Sequence record: OP079919.1
Direction: 5' to 3' (one strand)
Length of the DNA: 64,000 bases
Positions 1-10,350 of the stretch are shown one piece after another. Numbering within the stretch: position 1 is the first letter of the stretch; each line of letters starts with the position of its first letter. Below the pieces are notes generated by a model. The model searched no databases. It worked only from the letters and a program-made list of their open reading frames with translations, and was not told where the DNA came from. Both the position numbers and the translations under genes were made by a program.

Positions 1-516
1 GAACGTCGATTTTACGAGCTTGCCGTATTCTGGCGTGGTCGGCGCGGTAACGTCGAGCTTAACCAGTTTAACGTAAACGCCCGGCACTGCGGTACCGCCG
101 GTAACAGGGATCAGCTCACCGTCGTCGTCGAAAAGATAGCTGCCGTCAGTCGCACGCTGATACTGAGGAATAGATGTACCGTTCCCGATAGCGATGGCGT
201 AAGCAACACGAGCTACTACGGTGTTGGCGGAAACACGGCGTACGCCAAAACCACCCTGACCGCCGGAGGTGATCATCGAGATCAGCCGAGATACCGGGGA
301 GTAGTAAGGGGTGTCAACATCCAGGATATCGCCGTAAAGATTGGTAAAGTCACTTGAGTTTATGAAACTCTGTCCGAGTTCACCCTTAGGGGTGACTACG
401 GGAATAACCGGGTAATGACAAGGATACGTAGGCAGAGACGTTACCGGGTTTAAGCGGCCTTTATCGTCCATACCGTTATTGATGACTTGTCCCGGAATGA
501 TTTTTGTAAAGCTCAT
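1..516 (-). CDS. Tail sheath protein, N-terminal part (runs off window start); phiKZ gp29-like
   Basis: Not in the ORF track. Minus-strand ATG at 516 with GAGG SD gives MSFTKIIPGQVINNGMDDKGRLNPVTSLPTYPCHYPVIPVVTPKGELG..., open to position 1. It is divergent from the three virion genes plus terminase, the phiKZ gp29 | gp28-27-26-25 arrangement. Confidence 0.7.
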   Translation of the reverse strand, partial: MSFTKIIPGQVINNGMDDKGRLNPVTSLPTYPCHYPVIPVVTPKGELGQSFINSSDFTNLYGDILDVDTPYYSPVSRLISMITSGGQGGFGVRRVSANTVVARVAYAIAIGNGTSIPQYQRATDGSYLFDDDGELIPVTGGTAVPGVYVKLVKLDVTAPTTPEYGKLVKSTF

Positions 517-527
517 GCTCTAAGCCT

Positions 528-596
528 CATATTCGGAAAACGTTTTATTAAGATATTTTTTTGATCAAAAAAATATAGATGGCCGGCAATCGTATG
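528..596. promoter_or_regulatory. Divergent late-promoter region (TATG on each strand) around a 24-bp palindrome
   Basis: TATG on - at 528-531 (12 nt before the sheath ATG) and on + at 593-596. phiKZ nvRNAP late promoters use TATG, but a 4-mer is weak evidence. Perfect palindrome at 553-576. Confidence 0.35.
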
Positions 597-674
597 TCTA
601 GAGTCACCATAAGTTACTCTCGTTTAATTTAACCGAACCCGGCACATAACATTCAACATAAGGAGCGGGGAGTC

Positions 675-1553
675 ATGCTTCTCAACGCATACGAAACCAC
701 AGTTGGCAAACCCTTTGCGATCATGGATAAAGTCCAGGGCGTCCTAAAATCGTTAGCGACGATGGATGACTTAGACCATTCCAGTAAAGAAGGGGTTTAT
801 TTCATTACCTATGAAAACGGCAGCCAACTTCCTCTTTTTATTTTCCCTTTAAGTTTATTGGATCATCAGCGTCGTAAAATCACTGTTGTTGACAAGCGCC
901 CCTTCTCCAATAAAAAAGACATCATCATTAGCCCTGTGGAATTTATCGGGCAGTTCACCGCGGCGTGCATTCAGCAAGATGTGTTTGAAGGAAACTTAAA
1001 CACCATCAAAAATTCTCGTTATCTGACGACTCGCGGATACGCCAAATCCCTCAGCAATCGCATTGGGCGTCAGAGCGGTTTAGACCCAAGAGAAATGATT
1101 GAGCTCGCCATCATTCTAGGTCACTTCTTTGTATGTCTCACAGAAAAGCAAAACGACGATTACCAGTTCGTTAGCGCCAACGTACTGAAAAATGCGTTGC
1201 AATTAGATCAGAGTATGACTCAGCCTATTATTGAAGAGATGGGGTTCATTTCAACCATCCCTGAGCTGACCAAATATATCGCTGATCGACCGGGCTTTTT
1301 CAAACTGAAGAATTTCACCCAAAAAGATTTTATCGGGTTGGGTAGCAACATCATCTTCAGTAACCTCGGCAAACAGGTTGTCGGCGCAGCACTGGAACAC
1401 CCTCCGTTATTTACCGGATTATGCTTTATGGCGCTGAAGAACAGAATGTACCTTCAGACTGTTTTGGGTCAGCAAATCGATCCTAAGTACAACGAAAGAT
1501 TAACCGATAGTTTTGTTAAAATGATCAACGGGAATTATCCCGTCCAACTTTAA
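675..1553 (+). CDS. Conserved virion structural protein (phiKZ gp28-like by synteny)
   Basis: 292 aa ORF with AGGAG SD, first gene of the operon leading to terminase. Confidence 0.6.
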   Translation: MLLNAYETTVGKPFAIMDKVQGVLKSLATMDDLDHSSKEGVYFITYENGSQLPLFIFPLSLLDHQRRKITVVDKRPFSNKKDIIISPVEFIGQFTAACIQQDVFEGNLNTIKNSRYLTTRGYAKSLSNRIGRQSGLDPREMIELAIILGHFFVCLTEKQNDDYQFVSANVLKNALQLDQSMTQPIIEEMGFISTIPELTKYIADRPGFFKLKNFTQKDFIGLGSNIIFSNLGKQVVGAALEHPPLFTGLCFMALKNRMYLQTVLGQQIDPKYNERLTDSFVKMINGNYPVQL

Positions 1554-1558
1554 AAGGA

Positions 1559-4162
1559 ATGGACATGAGTGTGTCGTTGGTTCAACCAAGAACTGACTTG
1601 ATACGTTACGCCGAGTCCAATATGTGGTCGTCTCCCTATAACGATCAACAATTCAGGCTGGAGCTACAACGTATCAGTCCCCCAGTAGGGTTGGTCAATA
1701 CCTTTACGTATATGGGTAAAGGGAGAGGATTACCCGATTCTACTACCCCTCATCACGTCTATACCCTTAGCGGTACGTCGCTAGGGTACTGGAACTTCAT
1801 CAACAAAAATATAAAAACTAATCCAGTCGATACCTGGGTGAGAGTTGATTGGCTCAGCCATCAGCGTGGGGTTTATATTGAACTTTATCGTCCCGACGGC
1901 AGAATCTATCCAAGAGATTGCGCGTGGATCATGCGGACTTATGACGGGGGACACCTTCTTTGTGTGGAACGTTTAACCAACTACCCGCTGCCATTAAACG
2001 ATAACTTCTATCTACGGTGTTATACCCCTGATTGGGATATTTATCGTGGGGTGGAAGGAACCGACGAAAATAACGGGTTTCAGTATACCAGTTTCGTTGG
2101 TCCAACTCAGGCTAATCTCACGGCGCTCCAAACCCAACTCAATACGTGGAGTGGTTTAGGTGGATTATCGTCCATTTATGTCGATGGAATAAAATGTCCG
2201 TCACTTCCTACAGTGTCGGCTGTTACGTCGAATACCATCGTAGAGATTTTCTACGATCCGACCGTTTATAGAGTCGATAACTACGACTTGAAAACTCTGC
2301 CGGACTTCTATTCTGATTTGGATAGCAAACGCAAATACATCGTTCACCCTCCTAAGGTTGAAGGTGACTGGGCTTTCCGGTACTTCGACGATTGCGACAT
2401 CTACATCACGACCCCAACCGGGAAAGGACTATATTTCAATATCAATAGTCCGGATGCGTTGCGTCAACTCACTCACGCTGACTATAGTGTGAGTACTGAT
2501 TACGTCGCGACCCTTATTGATAGCCTGACGGATCTTAAGAATCGAGATGACCTGAAATTGCAGGTGATTTATCGCAGCACGAACTGGAGTCACAATCTCG
2601 TATGGGAAGCCAATCGAATCAGGTACCTTTACCGTCTTGATGATAATGGAATAATCAACGCAATGACTGCGGTCCACTCCACGCTACCTGAATGGACAGC
2701 CAGTGGTTTGGAAAATTCTTATTCCATGCTGATCAACAGACAGAAATGGGGAGAGCTGACCGATGAGAACATCGTTAAAGCATTGGGGTTCAATGCCCTG
2801 ACTCAAGCTTTAGCATCGTCACCAGTTTCAATGCCCTACGTGGAAGGATACGCCGGTTATGACGTTCCAATTAGTTTCCAAGAAGCTTGCGTGGCTTTTG
2901 AGTACGATGCGGACGGTTTACTCATTAATAACTACCCATTGACTAATGCGCTGAAATATGCTCCAACCAATCCGACCTGTGCTATGGTGGAGTTCATTGC
3001 TGGTAGTCCGGCAATCACCAGACATCAAGTGATTGGGAGCGATCCAGTTACATTATTGAAAAACTGGTCTTATTTGGCTTTGCAATCTGGCCGGTTAGTC
3101 TCTACTGGGGAATCTGACGGGAAATGGGTACCTGCGGTATTGGGTACTGACTATACCGTTACCAATGGTGTTCTTACCTGGATCCACGACTCAACAAACC
3201 GGATAGGTAGAGTTATCTTTAACGATGTTTTCCTTTACAAGGATTTCACGTTATCACATCTTGATAACTCCATTTATTTCGCCATTACCGAAATATGGGA
3301 AGGCGGAGGGATAGCTGCGGATATCGCACCGGCTAACATCTACATTTGGATGAACGGTCATCCTCTCATTCTTAACGTCGATTACGTGATGGATTACCCT
3401 AGGGTATTCATCAACAACAAGATGTATTTGAATGAGAGTGGGGAAAACGATTTTGTCGTGGCTGCGTTCGGGATAAGTACGAGTTTAACTCAGCCGGTAG
3501 AAGAATCTGAATTGGGTTATATCGTCGGCGGAACCATCGGGGTTAACGGCCGTTACAATATCCGAGATGGAAGAGATACGAGGCTTATCGCCGCGGGTCG
3601 TTTATTCCCATCTGATGGCATTGATGATTCAGAGCAACACGCTCCTCAGAACGCCGGTTATTCTCTCAACGGTTACCCGTATCAGGTTAAGCACGTTTAT
3701 CAGACCGTTCAAAAAGCGGTGGATTTTAATAACTATCCTCGGTACGCCGAAGACAGGGATTTGGATAATCGTATCTGTACTTACCTGACGACGTATTGTG
3801 AGAAACCAGGTCCTGTCGTTTGGCCTAACATCTCCGACAAATACAGATTGTTTAGTCCTTTCCTGAATCAGATCGTAAACGCAATATTGCTGAAAATCAT
3901 TACCGTCCCTGCACCAACCACAGGCGGGGTATTCAGCAAACAGGTAATCAATGAGCTAACCAAAGATTATCAATGGTTGCTTGATTACGATCCGGCTTTC
4001 TTGAAATACGACTTGCGGTATTACACAATCAATCCGTTTTCCATGGCGGGTATGCAAACTGTAACAACCGCCCAGTTACTCTTCATCACTCAGGTTAACG
4101 AAATCTATCTCAATAGCGCGTGCGGCATAGAGGGATATTTTGAGGTAAATAATAATGTTTGA
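1559..4162 (+). CDS. Large virion structural protein (phiKZ gp27-like by synteny)
   Basis: 867 aa, beta-rich and aromatic-rich composition; position between sheath and terminase. Confidence 0.6.
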   Translation: MDMSVSLVQPRTDLIRYAESNMWSSPYNDQQFRLELQRISPPVGLVNTFTYMGKGRGLPDSTTPHHVYTLSGTSLGYWNFINKNIKTNPVDTWVRVDWLSHQRGVYIELYRPDGRIYPRDCAWIMRTYDGGHLLCVERLTNYPLPLNDNFYLRCYTPDWDIYRGVEGTDENNGFQYTSFVGPTQANLTALQTQLNTWSGLGGLSSIYVDGIKCPSLPTVSAVTSNTIVEIFYDPTVYRVDNYDLKTLPDFYSDLDSKRKYIVHPPKVEGDWAFRYFDDCDIYITTPTGKGLYFNINSPDALRQLTHADYSVSTDYVATLIDSLTDLKNRDDLKLQVIYRSTNWSHNLVWEANRIRYLYRLDDNGIINAMTAVHSTLPEWTASGLENSYSMLINRQKWGELTDENIVKALGFNALTQALASSPVSMPYVEGYAGYDVPISFQEACVAFEYDADGLLINNYPLTNALKYAPTNPTCAMVEFIAGSPAITRHQVIGSDPVTLLKNWSYLALQSGRLVSTGESDGKWVPAVLGTDYTVTNGVLTWIHDSTNRIGRVIFNDVFLYKDFTLSHLDNSIYFAITEIWEGGGIAADIAPANIYIWMNGHPLILNVDYVMDYPRVFINNKMYLNESGENDFVVAAFGISTSLTQPVEESELGYIVGGTIGVNGRYNIRDGRDTRLIAAGRLFPSDGIDDSEQHAPQNAGYSLNGYPYQVKHVYQTVQKAVDFNNYPRYAEDRDLDNRICTYLTTYCEKPGPVVWPNISDKYRLFSPFLNQIVNAILLKIITVPAPTTGGVFSKQVINELTKDYQWLLDYDPAFLKYDLRYYTINPFSMAGMQTVTTAQLLFITQVNEIYLNSACGIEGYFEVNNNV

Positions 4163-5870
4163 TACCAGCACCACATCGACCACATCAAGTACGAGTGTTG
4201 CGGCGACGGGTCCTCAGTTACCTAACTCGAATGATCTACTCACCCCACTCGATATTTCCAACCTTTACGATCCGGATACGGTAGCTGATTCTGATGCGTC
4301 AAAATACATCGTTGGTCGTGAAGGCCAAACGGTCATAGACGGATTGAACCAACGAGCTTACGTCATTACTCACGTTGGGACTGAAGATGCGAAATACAAA
4401 TCAACGTTAAAACGGATAGGGTTTGTTACGGATAGCGACGACAACTCGAGTGACATCATTGGTTTACCGGGACGCTTTGCCGGCAATGGTGTTTTGGGAA
4501 TCGACTACAGTGTCAGACCTCCTCGGGCTGTCATCGATGGTCGTGTATGGGCTCCTGATGCAGCCTACGGTTTGCTTTATAAAGGCGTGGTTATCGGTGA
4601 TAGCGGTCAGGTCATTTCTGTTCAATACGCAACTAATGGTGATTTGATTTCTAATCAGGTCCCGACTAAATTAGCTGCGGTTAACAACATGACCAACCAC
4701 AGCATCTTCACCACTACTGCATTTTCGGTGACTCAAACGGCTGACGAACTCCCGGACGGAAGTTTGTGTACGCTGGTGTTCTTCGATGCTGCCGGTAACA
4801 TGATTCCTGAACCTTATGAACTTGGCGTGATGCACACTGCGTTGCTGAGAGATCATCAGATCGGGATCAAGTATGTTTCGGCTATTGAACTGGTCTCTCC
4901 TTGGTTCACCGATACGACCGATCCTACTACGCTGAACATTCCTATCAACGTTGCGATGAGTTCGGTTCAATTCTCTGCGCGCATCCATTATAACGATGGG
5001 TCTACCAAAGAGCAATTGATTGACGGGACCAAATGTGCGATCATCGGGCTCAATGAATATAAACCTACTACGGTGGGTCAGCGAGCTTCGATCGTACTTC
5101 GTTATTCGTTCGATGAGGACGAACAGGCTTTAATTGCTACGCCTAATTATCCCGACATGATCACCCAGGCTTATCAGATCGTTTGTACTCAGGTTAACGG
5201 CGCCTACTCTCCAAAACTCTACACTTATCCGGTGTGGAACGGAACAGGGTATTCGCTCAAACATTACCTGTACGATCTTACCCGTGGGTATGCGACTGAC
5301 GTTACTCAGCATGTTACACTCAACGACACGTCGCCAGCCTTCCAGCCGGCTAACTATGGCGTTCAGCAAGACATGGTGTTTAACCTGACGCTGTCAGACG
5401 TATCTTCGACGTTTAAAGCATGGACGCTGGTACAACATACTTCTATTACGTTGTATAAAGCGAATACCGGCACGGGTCGTCGTTGGGCTATTCAGTACTC
5501 TTCTGCGAATAATCCTTACGTCGCTTATAACGTCGGGTATACCGAAGCCAATGGTGTTCAGTCCATTAACCTGGCTGGTTCCATCCTCACGATTTCTGAT
5601 TGGTTGAATCGACTCTACTATCCGGTAGAACCATTGATCGATACCACGAAAGAATCGGCGGCTCTGGTTCCTAACTATATCCGGTTGGTTGACACTAACG
5701 GGGTTACTCACGACCTTGAAATCAACGATTGGAATAAACCTCAAGCTCTCACTTCTCCTGTTGCAAGTGGCCAAACCCTCTTCCTGCAATGGATTCAGAA
5801 ATCAGAGAACGGGGCCGAACTCCAATTGGCGACCACGGGTGTTGTTGTAGACGTCGCTCCGAGCAATTAA
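4155..5870 (+). CDS. Virion structural protein (phiKZ gp26-like by synteny)
   Basis: 571 aa, T/V/N-rich beta protein, overlaps the previous stop, directly upstream of terminase. Confidence 0.6.
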   Translation: MFDTSTTSTTSSTSVAATGPQLPNSNDLLTPLDISNLYDPDTVADSDASKYIVGREGQTVIDGLNQRAYVITHVGTEDAKYKSTLKRIGFVTDSDDNSSDIIGLPGRFAGNGVLGIDYSVRPPRAVIDGRVWAPDAAYGLLYKGVVIGDSGQVISVQYATNGDLISNQVPTKLAAVNNMTNHSIFTTTAFSVTQTADELPDGSLCTLVFFDAAGNMIPEPYELGVMHTALLRDHQIGIKYVSAIELVSPWFTDTTDPTTLNIPINVAMSSVQFSARIHYNDGSTKEQLIDGTKCAIIGLNEYKPTTVGQRASIVLRYSFDEDEQALIATPNYPDMITQAYQIVCTQVNGAYSPKLYTYPVWNGTGYSLKHYLYDLTRGYATDVTQHVTLNDTSPAFQPANYGVQQDMVFNLTLSDVSSTFKAWTLVQHTSITLYKANTGTGRRWAIQYSSANNPYVAYNVGYTEANGVQSINLAGSILTISDWLNRLYYPVEPLIDTTKESAALVPNYIRLVDTNGVTHDLEINDWNKPQALTSPVASGQTLFLQWIQKSENGAELQLATTGVVVDVAPSN

Positions 5871-5883
5871 GATTCGTTATCCT

Positions 5884-5911
5884 AACTACCGGTCTGAAAA
5901 GACCGGTAGTT
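5884..5911 (+). terminator. Hairpin between gp26-like gene and terminase
   Basis: AACTACCGGTC-TGAAAA-GACCGGTAGTT, 11-bp stem followed by T-rich sequence. Confidence 0.6.
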
Positions 5912-5953
5912 ATATTTTATATCGAGACCGAGACAAACCGACAGGATAAAACC

Positions 5954-8900
5954 ATGTTTGCAAGTAAAGACGAATTAGAACTACATCTTGCAAGAGAAAA
6001 ACTTGCTATGATAGGAGCGACAGAAAGTCAGCTCCCCGAATACCTGCTCGATGACGACACAGAAGCGCTTCCCATCAGGACCCCAGAAGAATTGCTTCTA
6101 GCCCATTATCGAGAAGACACATTAAGTGCGATCAAAACGGTCAGGTTCTTAAAGGACTTCGAACGTTATAACGCTAAACCGGATCTGACGACGAAGAACA
6201 TCTCTTTCTTAAAGGTTGCTGAAATCTTTAGACTGATGGGGATAAAGAATTACTATTTCTGCCTCCAGCTCAACAATCCGTTGCTGATAGGGGTAGATCC
6301 TTACGACCCCAACCTGACAGATGAACAAAAATTCATGATCCTCCAGGAGTGCCGTGAAAACTTCTGGTATTTCCTCCGTGAAGTACTTCATCTGAGCGGT
6401 GGTATTCAGTTCCAGGCAAACAGAGCAAACATCTGTTTCTTATGGTGTTATTTGTGCCACGTCAACACCATGCTTATCATTCCCCGCCAATTCGGGAAAA
6501 ATTCTAGATTAGATTCTCTTGTAAAAATACCCAACGGTTGGAAGAAAATGGGGGATATGCGCAAGGGTGACGTAGTATCCACTCCTGATGGTAAAACGGC
6601 TAAAGTTACCGGGGTTTATCCTCAAGGTGTCACTCCTTTATATAAGGTTACTTTTAAAGATGGAAGAGAATCTTACGTCGGGTCTGATCATTATTGGACG
6701 GTATGGGATCCCGGTAAGGGTGATGGCGGGGTCTGGCGAACACTGACCACACTCGAGTGCCAACAACGCATGACCGAGATGAAGAAAGCGCATAACTATC
6801 TTTCTGTTCCTTTGGTTCAGCCTGATAATGATCCAGATAAGAAACTTGCCATTCATCCTTATGTTCTAGGTGTTTTACTAGGTGACGGATGCATCTCTAA
6901 TAAAAGCGTTGTTGTAGCTAAACCAGATAAAGAGATGTTCGATAAGGTTACAGGGCTCATCCCTGAGTCACTAGAAACCTCATGGGTTGATGATAAGAGC
7001 TTTATCATCAGACGTAAGCCGACTAACATAACCCAGAACAATCAACTTAAAGATGATTTAACCAATCTCGATTTATTCGGATTGCGGTCCTGGGAGAAAT
7101 TTGTTCCTACCGATTACTTAAATGGTTCTTATCGCCAGCGTTTAGAGTTGCTACAGGGTTTACTTGATACTGATGGACACGCAGGTACGGGTGGGAACAT
7201 TGAGTATTGCACGACGTCTCCTAAACTCGCTAAAGATTTCGTTTACCTTGCTCGTAGCATCGGGGCAATATGTTCTTGTAAAGAACGCCACACGTATTAC
7301 ACGCATAATGGCGAGAGACGCCAGGGGAGATTATCTTATCGCATTAGTGTTCGACACACACAGCCTTGGGAACTCTTCACGTTAAGTCGTAAACGAGATC
7401 GTTTAGTTGACAAAACACGAGGGTTAAAATTTAACAGCCGTTTAACCATGCGTTCCATTGAGTATGTGGGGGAAGAAGAGACTCAGTGCATTGAAGTGGA
7501 CCATCCTGATCATCTTTACATCATGGATGATTTCGTCGTCACTCACAACACTGTTTCTGCCCAGAGCATTATGTTCTGGCTAACTTACTTAACCGGGAAG
7601 TCTTACGAATCCCACTTAATCACCCTGAAAGACGATAACCGTAGTCAGTTCGTAGAGGCGTTAAAGGGTATCCGTAACAACATCCCGAGTTACTTAACCA
7701 ACGTGGGGTGGCGAGATAAGGATAGCGGTAACTCATTAACCTATAGCGCGTTTGGGGATGATAAGAAAAACATCTTCCGTATTAGTGTACCTCAAATCGG
7801 TAGAGAGGCGGCTCGTAACGTCGGTCGTGGTTTGACTATCAAAACGCGTATGATTGACGAACCGGCATATATCAACTTCATGGAAGAGATACTTAACGGT
7901 GCGGGCCCTAGTACACTAACGGCTCGTGCTAACGCCAGAAGAATAGGTGAACCCTATGGGACGGGATTCATTACCACGCCTGCGAGTAAAACGACGGCAA
8001 GCGGCGAATACATGTACAACATGTTGATGGATGCGACCGAGTGGCGGGAAACGTTCTTCGACAGTTTTAACGAAAGTCATCTCTACCAACGTTTGATTAA
8101 AGCAAGTCCTGTGGAGGGAATCACCAGTCCTACCGTAGGCATGGTTTTCAACTACTTGCAGCTGGGTAGGAATAAAGACTGGGTTAAGAAAACCATAGAC
8201 GAGTTAAAACTCAGTTTAGCCGAAGCGAAGATCGACTTACTGTTAATGTGGGACGACGCCAGTAAAGGTAAACTTTTCGACGACTTAACTCGAGAAGCGT
8301 TAAACGAGGGTAAACGAGGAATACTCTGGAGTCAGGAAGTAGGGAGTACGGGGTTGTTCATCGACTGGTTTATTACGCCAGAAGAACACACCCAAATCAT
8401 TACTGGGAATAGTCAAACCTTTTACGTAGTCGGTTGTGATACTTCCGCTGCGCAAAACCGAGACGCCTGTACTGTCGTGATAAGAGACGTCATGGACGGT
8501 AAAGTGATTGGGGTGGGTCGTTATCCGATAGCCTACTTAATGGACGTGGGCGAGGTACTACAAACGATCCTGTTAGAGATTAAGAACAGCTTACTGATCA
8601 TCGAGCGTAACTTCGCGCATCACATGATCGACCAACTGCTCGTTAGTCTTCCTGCATTAGGCATCGATCCCTTTAAACGTATCTTTAATCAGATCGTACA
8701 GGATCCGGTTAAATACGAAAAAGAAATGATCGAGTTTAAACAACGTAATTTCGCTAACAGAGACAGTCACTTCTATCTGAGATTCAAACATTTGTTTGGG
8801 TTCGTTACCAACGCCAAAACGCGTGACGAAGTATATAGTTTTATCCAAGAAGCGGTAGGGACTACCGGAGATAAAATTTACTATACTAAACTCATCGACG

Positions 8901-9352
8901 AACTGGTCAACCTCAAAGAGAAAGGGGGAAGGATAGACCACGAAGCCAATAAACACGATGACCTGGTTATCGCTTGGTTGTTAGGATTCTGGTTCTTGAA
9001 ACTGGGTAACAATAAAAGCGAATACGGAATTCCTCCAGGTATTAGTTTGAGTAAAATCAGCTTGATGCGTGTTGGGGACGATAAAAATGAGGAAACCAAC
9101 AGTGCGCACAATGAAGCGATGATCGCACTCTATCGTCGTAAAGTTGAAGAGCTGAGTGACAGACTCATTAAAACCACCGACAATACCGTAGCTCAAAGGA
9201 TCGAGTACATGATTGACAAACTCAGCAGCATGATCCCTCAAGATAAGCGTAAGAGTTTGACCATCGATGAAATCGTTAGAAAGGCCAAGGAGGAAAGAAG
9301 TCGTCGAGTATTGGAAGCGCGTAAGTTACGCAGTCGTTACGCGTACATGTAA
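5954..9352 (+). CDS. terL: Terminase large subunit, intein-containing
   Basis: Walker A PRQFGK|T split by an intein, Walker B-like RMIDEPAY, ITTP coupling motif, nuclease motifs VGCDTS and HDDLVIAW. The track start 5789 runs through a terminator, so ATG 5954 (AGGA SD) is preferred. Confidence 0.9.
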   Translation: MFASKDELELHLAREKLAMIGATESQLPEYLLDDDTEALPIRTPEELLLAHYREDTLSAIKTVRFLKDFERYNAKPDLTTKNISFLKVAEIFRLMGIKNYYFCLQLNNPLLIGVDPYDPNLTDEQKFMILQECRENFWYFLREVLHLSGGIQFQANRANICFLWCYLCHVNTMLIIPRQFGKNSRLDSLVKIPNGWKKMGDMRKGDVVSTPDGKTAKVTGVYPQGVTPLYKVTFKDGRESYVGSDHYWTVWDPGKGDGGVWRTLTTLECQQRMTEMKKAHNYLSVPLVQPDNDPDKKLAIHPYVLGVLLGDGCISNKSVVVAKPDKEMFDKVTGLIPESLETSWVDDKSFIIRRKPTNITQNNQLKDDLTNLDLFGLRSWEKFVPTDYLNGSYRQRLELLQGLLDTDGHAGTGGNIEYCTTSPKLAKDFVYLARSIGAICSCKERHTYYTHNGERRQGRLSYRISVRHTQPWELFTLSRKRDRLVDKTRGLKFNSRLTMRSIEYVGEEETQCIEVDHPDHLYIMDDFVVTHNTVSAQSIMFWLTYLTGKSYESHLITLKDDNRSQFVEALKGIRNNIPSYLTNVGWRDKDSGNSLTYSAFGDDKKNIFRISVPQIGREAARNVGRGLTIKTRMIDEPAYINFMEEILNGAGPSTLTARANARRIGEPYGTGFITTPASKTTASGEYMYNMLMDATEWRETFFDSFNESHLYQRLIKASPVEGITSPTVGMVFNYLQLGRNKDWVKKTIDELKLSLAEAKIDLLLMWDDASKGKLFDDLTREALNEGKRGILWSQEVGSTGLFIDWFITPEEHTQIITGNSQTFYVVGCDTSAAQNRDACTVVIRDVMDGKVIGVGRYPIAYLMDVGEVLQTILLEIKNSLLIIERNFAHHMIDQLLVSLPALGIDPFKRIFNQIVQDPVKYEKEMIEFKQRNFANRDSHFYLRFKHLFGFVTNAKTRDEVYSFIQEAVGTTGDKIYYTKLIDELVNLKEKGGRIDHEANKHDDLVIAWLLGFWFLKLGNNKSEYGIPPGISLSKISLMRVGDDKNEETNSAHNEAMIALYRRKVEELSDRLIKTTDNTVAQRIEYMIDKLSSMIPQDKRKSLTIDEIVRKAKEERSRRVLEARKLRSRYAYM
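6500..7549 (+). mobile_element. 350-aa intein with LAGLIDADG homing endonuclease (class 3 signature, Asn1)
   Basis: Begins NSRLDSLVKIPNGW after Walker A Lys and ends VVTHN|T. Block B SDHYW, LAGLIDADG motifs VLGVLLGDG and LLQGLLDTDG, block F TQCIEVD. Confidence 0.92.
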
Positions 9353-9368
9353 ATTTTTATAAGTCTAC

Positions 9369-9382
9369 ATTATCATGGTGTA
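9369..9382 (+). promoter_or_regulatory. Candidate phage early promoter ATTATCATGGTGTA
   Basis: Identical 14-mer at 31742-31755; both intergenic and just upstream of a gene start. Confidence 0.55.
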
Positions 9383-9413
9383 AACCTCAAATAAACTTTT
9401 AGGAGCTAACACC

Positions 9414-9629
9414 ATGAATAAATACAACGTTACTTTTATCCGTCACGACGATACTCTGGTCGCTAACGTTCCTTGTGTCAACGAGGAAAAGGATGTGTTA
9501 CTCGGAGGTGGGTTGGTCGATTCTCGTTTAGGTCATCTCGAAGTCGATATCAAAACGGGAACTCTCGTTCTCAGATCCAATTGCGCCAACGATTCACTCA
9601 CGACGGAATGTCGCCTGCATTACATTTAA
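9414..9629 (+). CDS. Hypothetical protein, 71 aa
   Basis: TTAGGAG SD and promoter-like motif upstream. Confidence 0.6.
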   Translation: MNKYNVTFIRHDDTLVANVPCVNEEKDVLLGGGLVDSRLGHLEVDIKTGTLVLRSNCANDSLTTECRLHYI

Positions 9630-9674
9630 CATTATACCCCTACGGCGATTACGCCGTAGGGGTATAGTTTTTAT

Positions 9675-10280
9675 TTAGTTTTTAATGTAATCCACTAACG
9701 CTTCAAAATCACCGTCGTAGAAATACGGTTTAATTTTGATTAAAGAACAAGCCGCAGACAGAGCATTTTCGTAACGATGAACGAATCGCTCAAAATACTC
9801 TCGGTTGAGAAGACGGGTTTCTTGATCATCTAAAATCGATCTGGATCCCGCTCTTTGTAAAAACGTATCGTGATCGATTTTTACAAAGATAAGTTTATCG
9901 GGGTACATTTGGGTGCTGAATATTTTTAAAGCCTTTACGTTGCGTTCTATAACACTGTAAAGACCTATTCGACCATTACCCTGATAAACCGCAGTAGAAA
10001 TGAAACAGCGATCGGAAATAACCGTCTTACCTTGGTTTAAAGCAGGAACAACAACTTTATCCCCTAACTCTATTCGCTGAGCAATAGCGAGATAAAGTTT
10101 TGCTTCTTCACAAATCCCATTATCGATAATGAGATTACGGATGGTTAACAAAGAGTCTGGAGACTTAGCCGGTTCCTCCACTTGAAGAACGTCGTAATTA
10201 TCGGCCTTCAATCTCTCTGTTAACTGTTTAGTTAAGGTTGACTTGCCCGCCAAGTCCATGCCTTCTAGAACAATGTACAT
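9675..10280 (-). CDS. tmk: Thymidylate kinase
   Basis: N-terminal P-loop YIVLEGMDLAGKST, EEP motif and ISDR motif typical of dTMP kinases; 201 aa. Confidence 0.9.
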   Translation of the reverse strand: MYIVLEGMDLAGKSTLTKQLTERLKADNYDVLQVEEPAKSPDSLLTIRNLIIDNGICEEAKLYLAIAQRIELGDKVVVPALNQGKTVISDRCFISTAVYQGNGRIGLYSVIERNVKALKIFSTQMYPDKLIFVKIDHDTFLQRAGSRSILDDQETRLLNREYFERFVHRYENALSAACSLIKIKPYFYDGDFEALVDYIKN

Positions 10281-10350
10281 AGTGAATTTCTCCTGTAGAT
10301 TTCTATCACTATAACTTATTTATAACCGTTTTATTTTAGGAACCAACATC

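Noticed and set aside
5789-5953. Track start of terminase at 5789
   Set aside because: Overlaps the upstream gene and spans a terminator hairpin; ATG 5954 has an SD.
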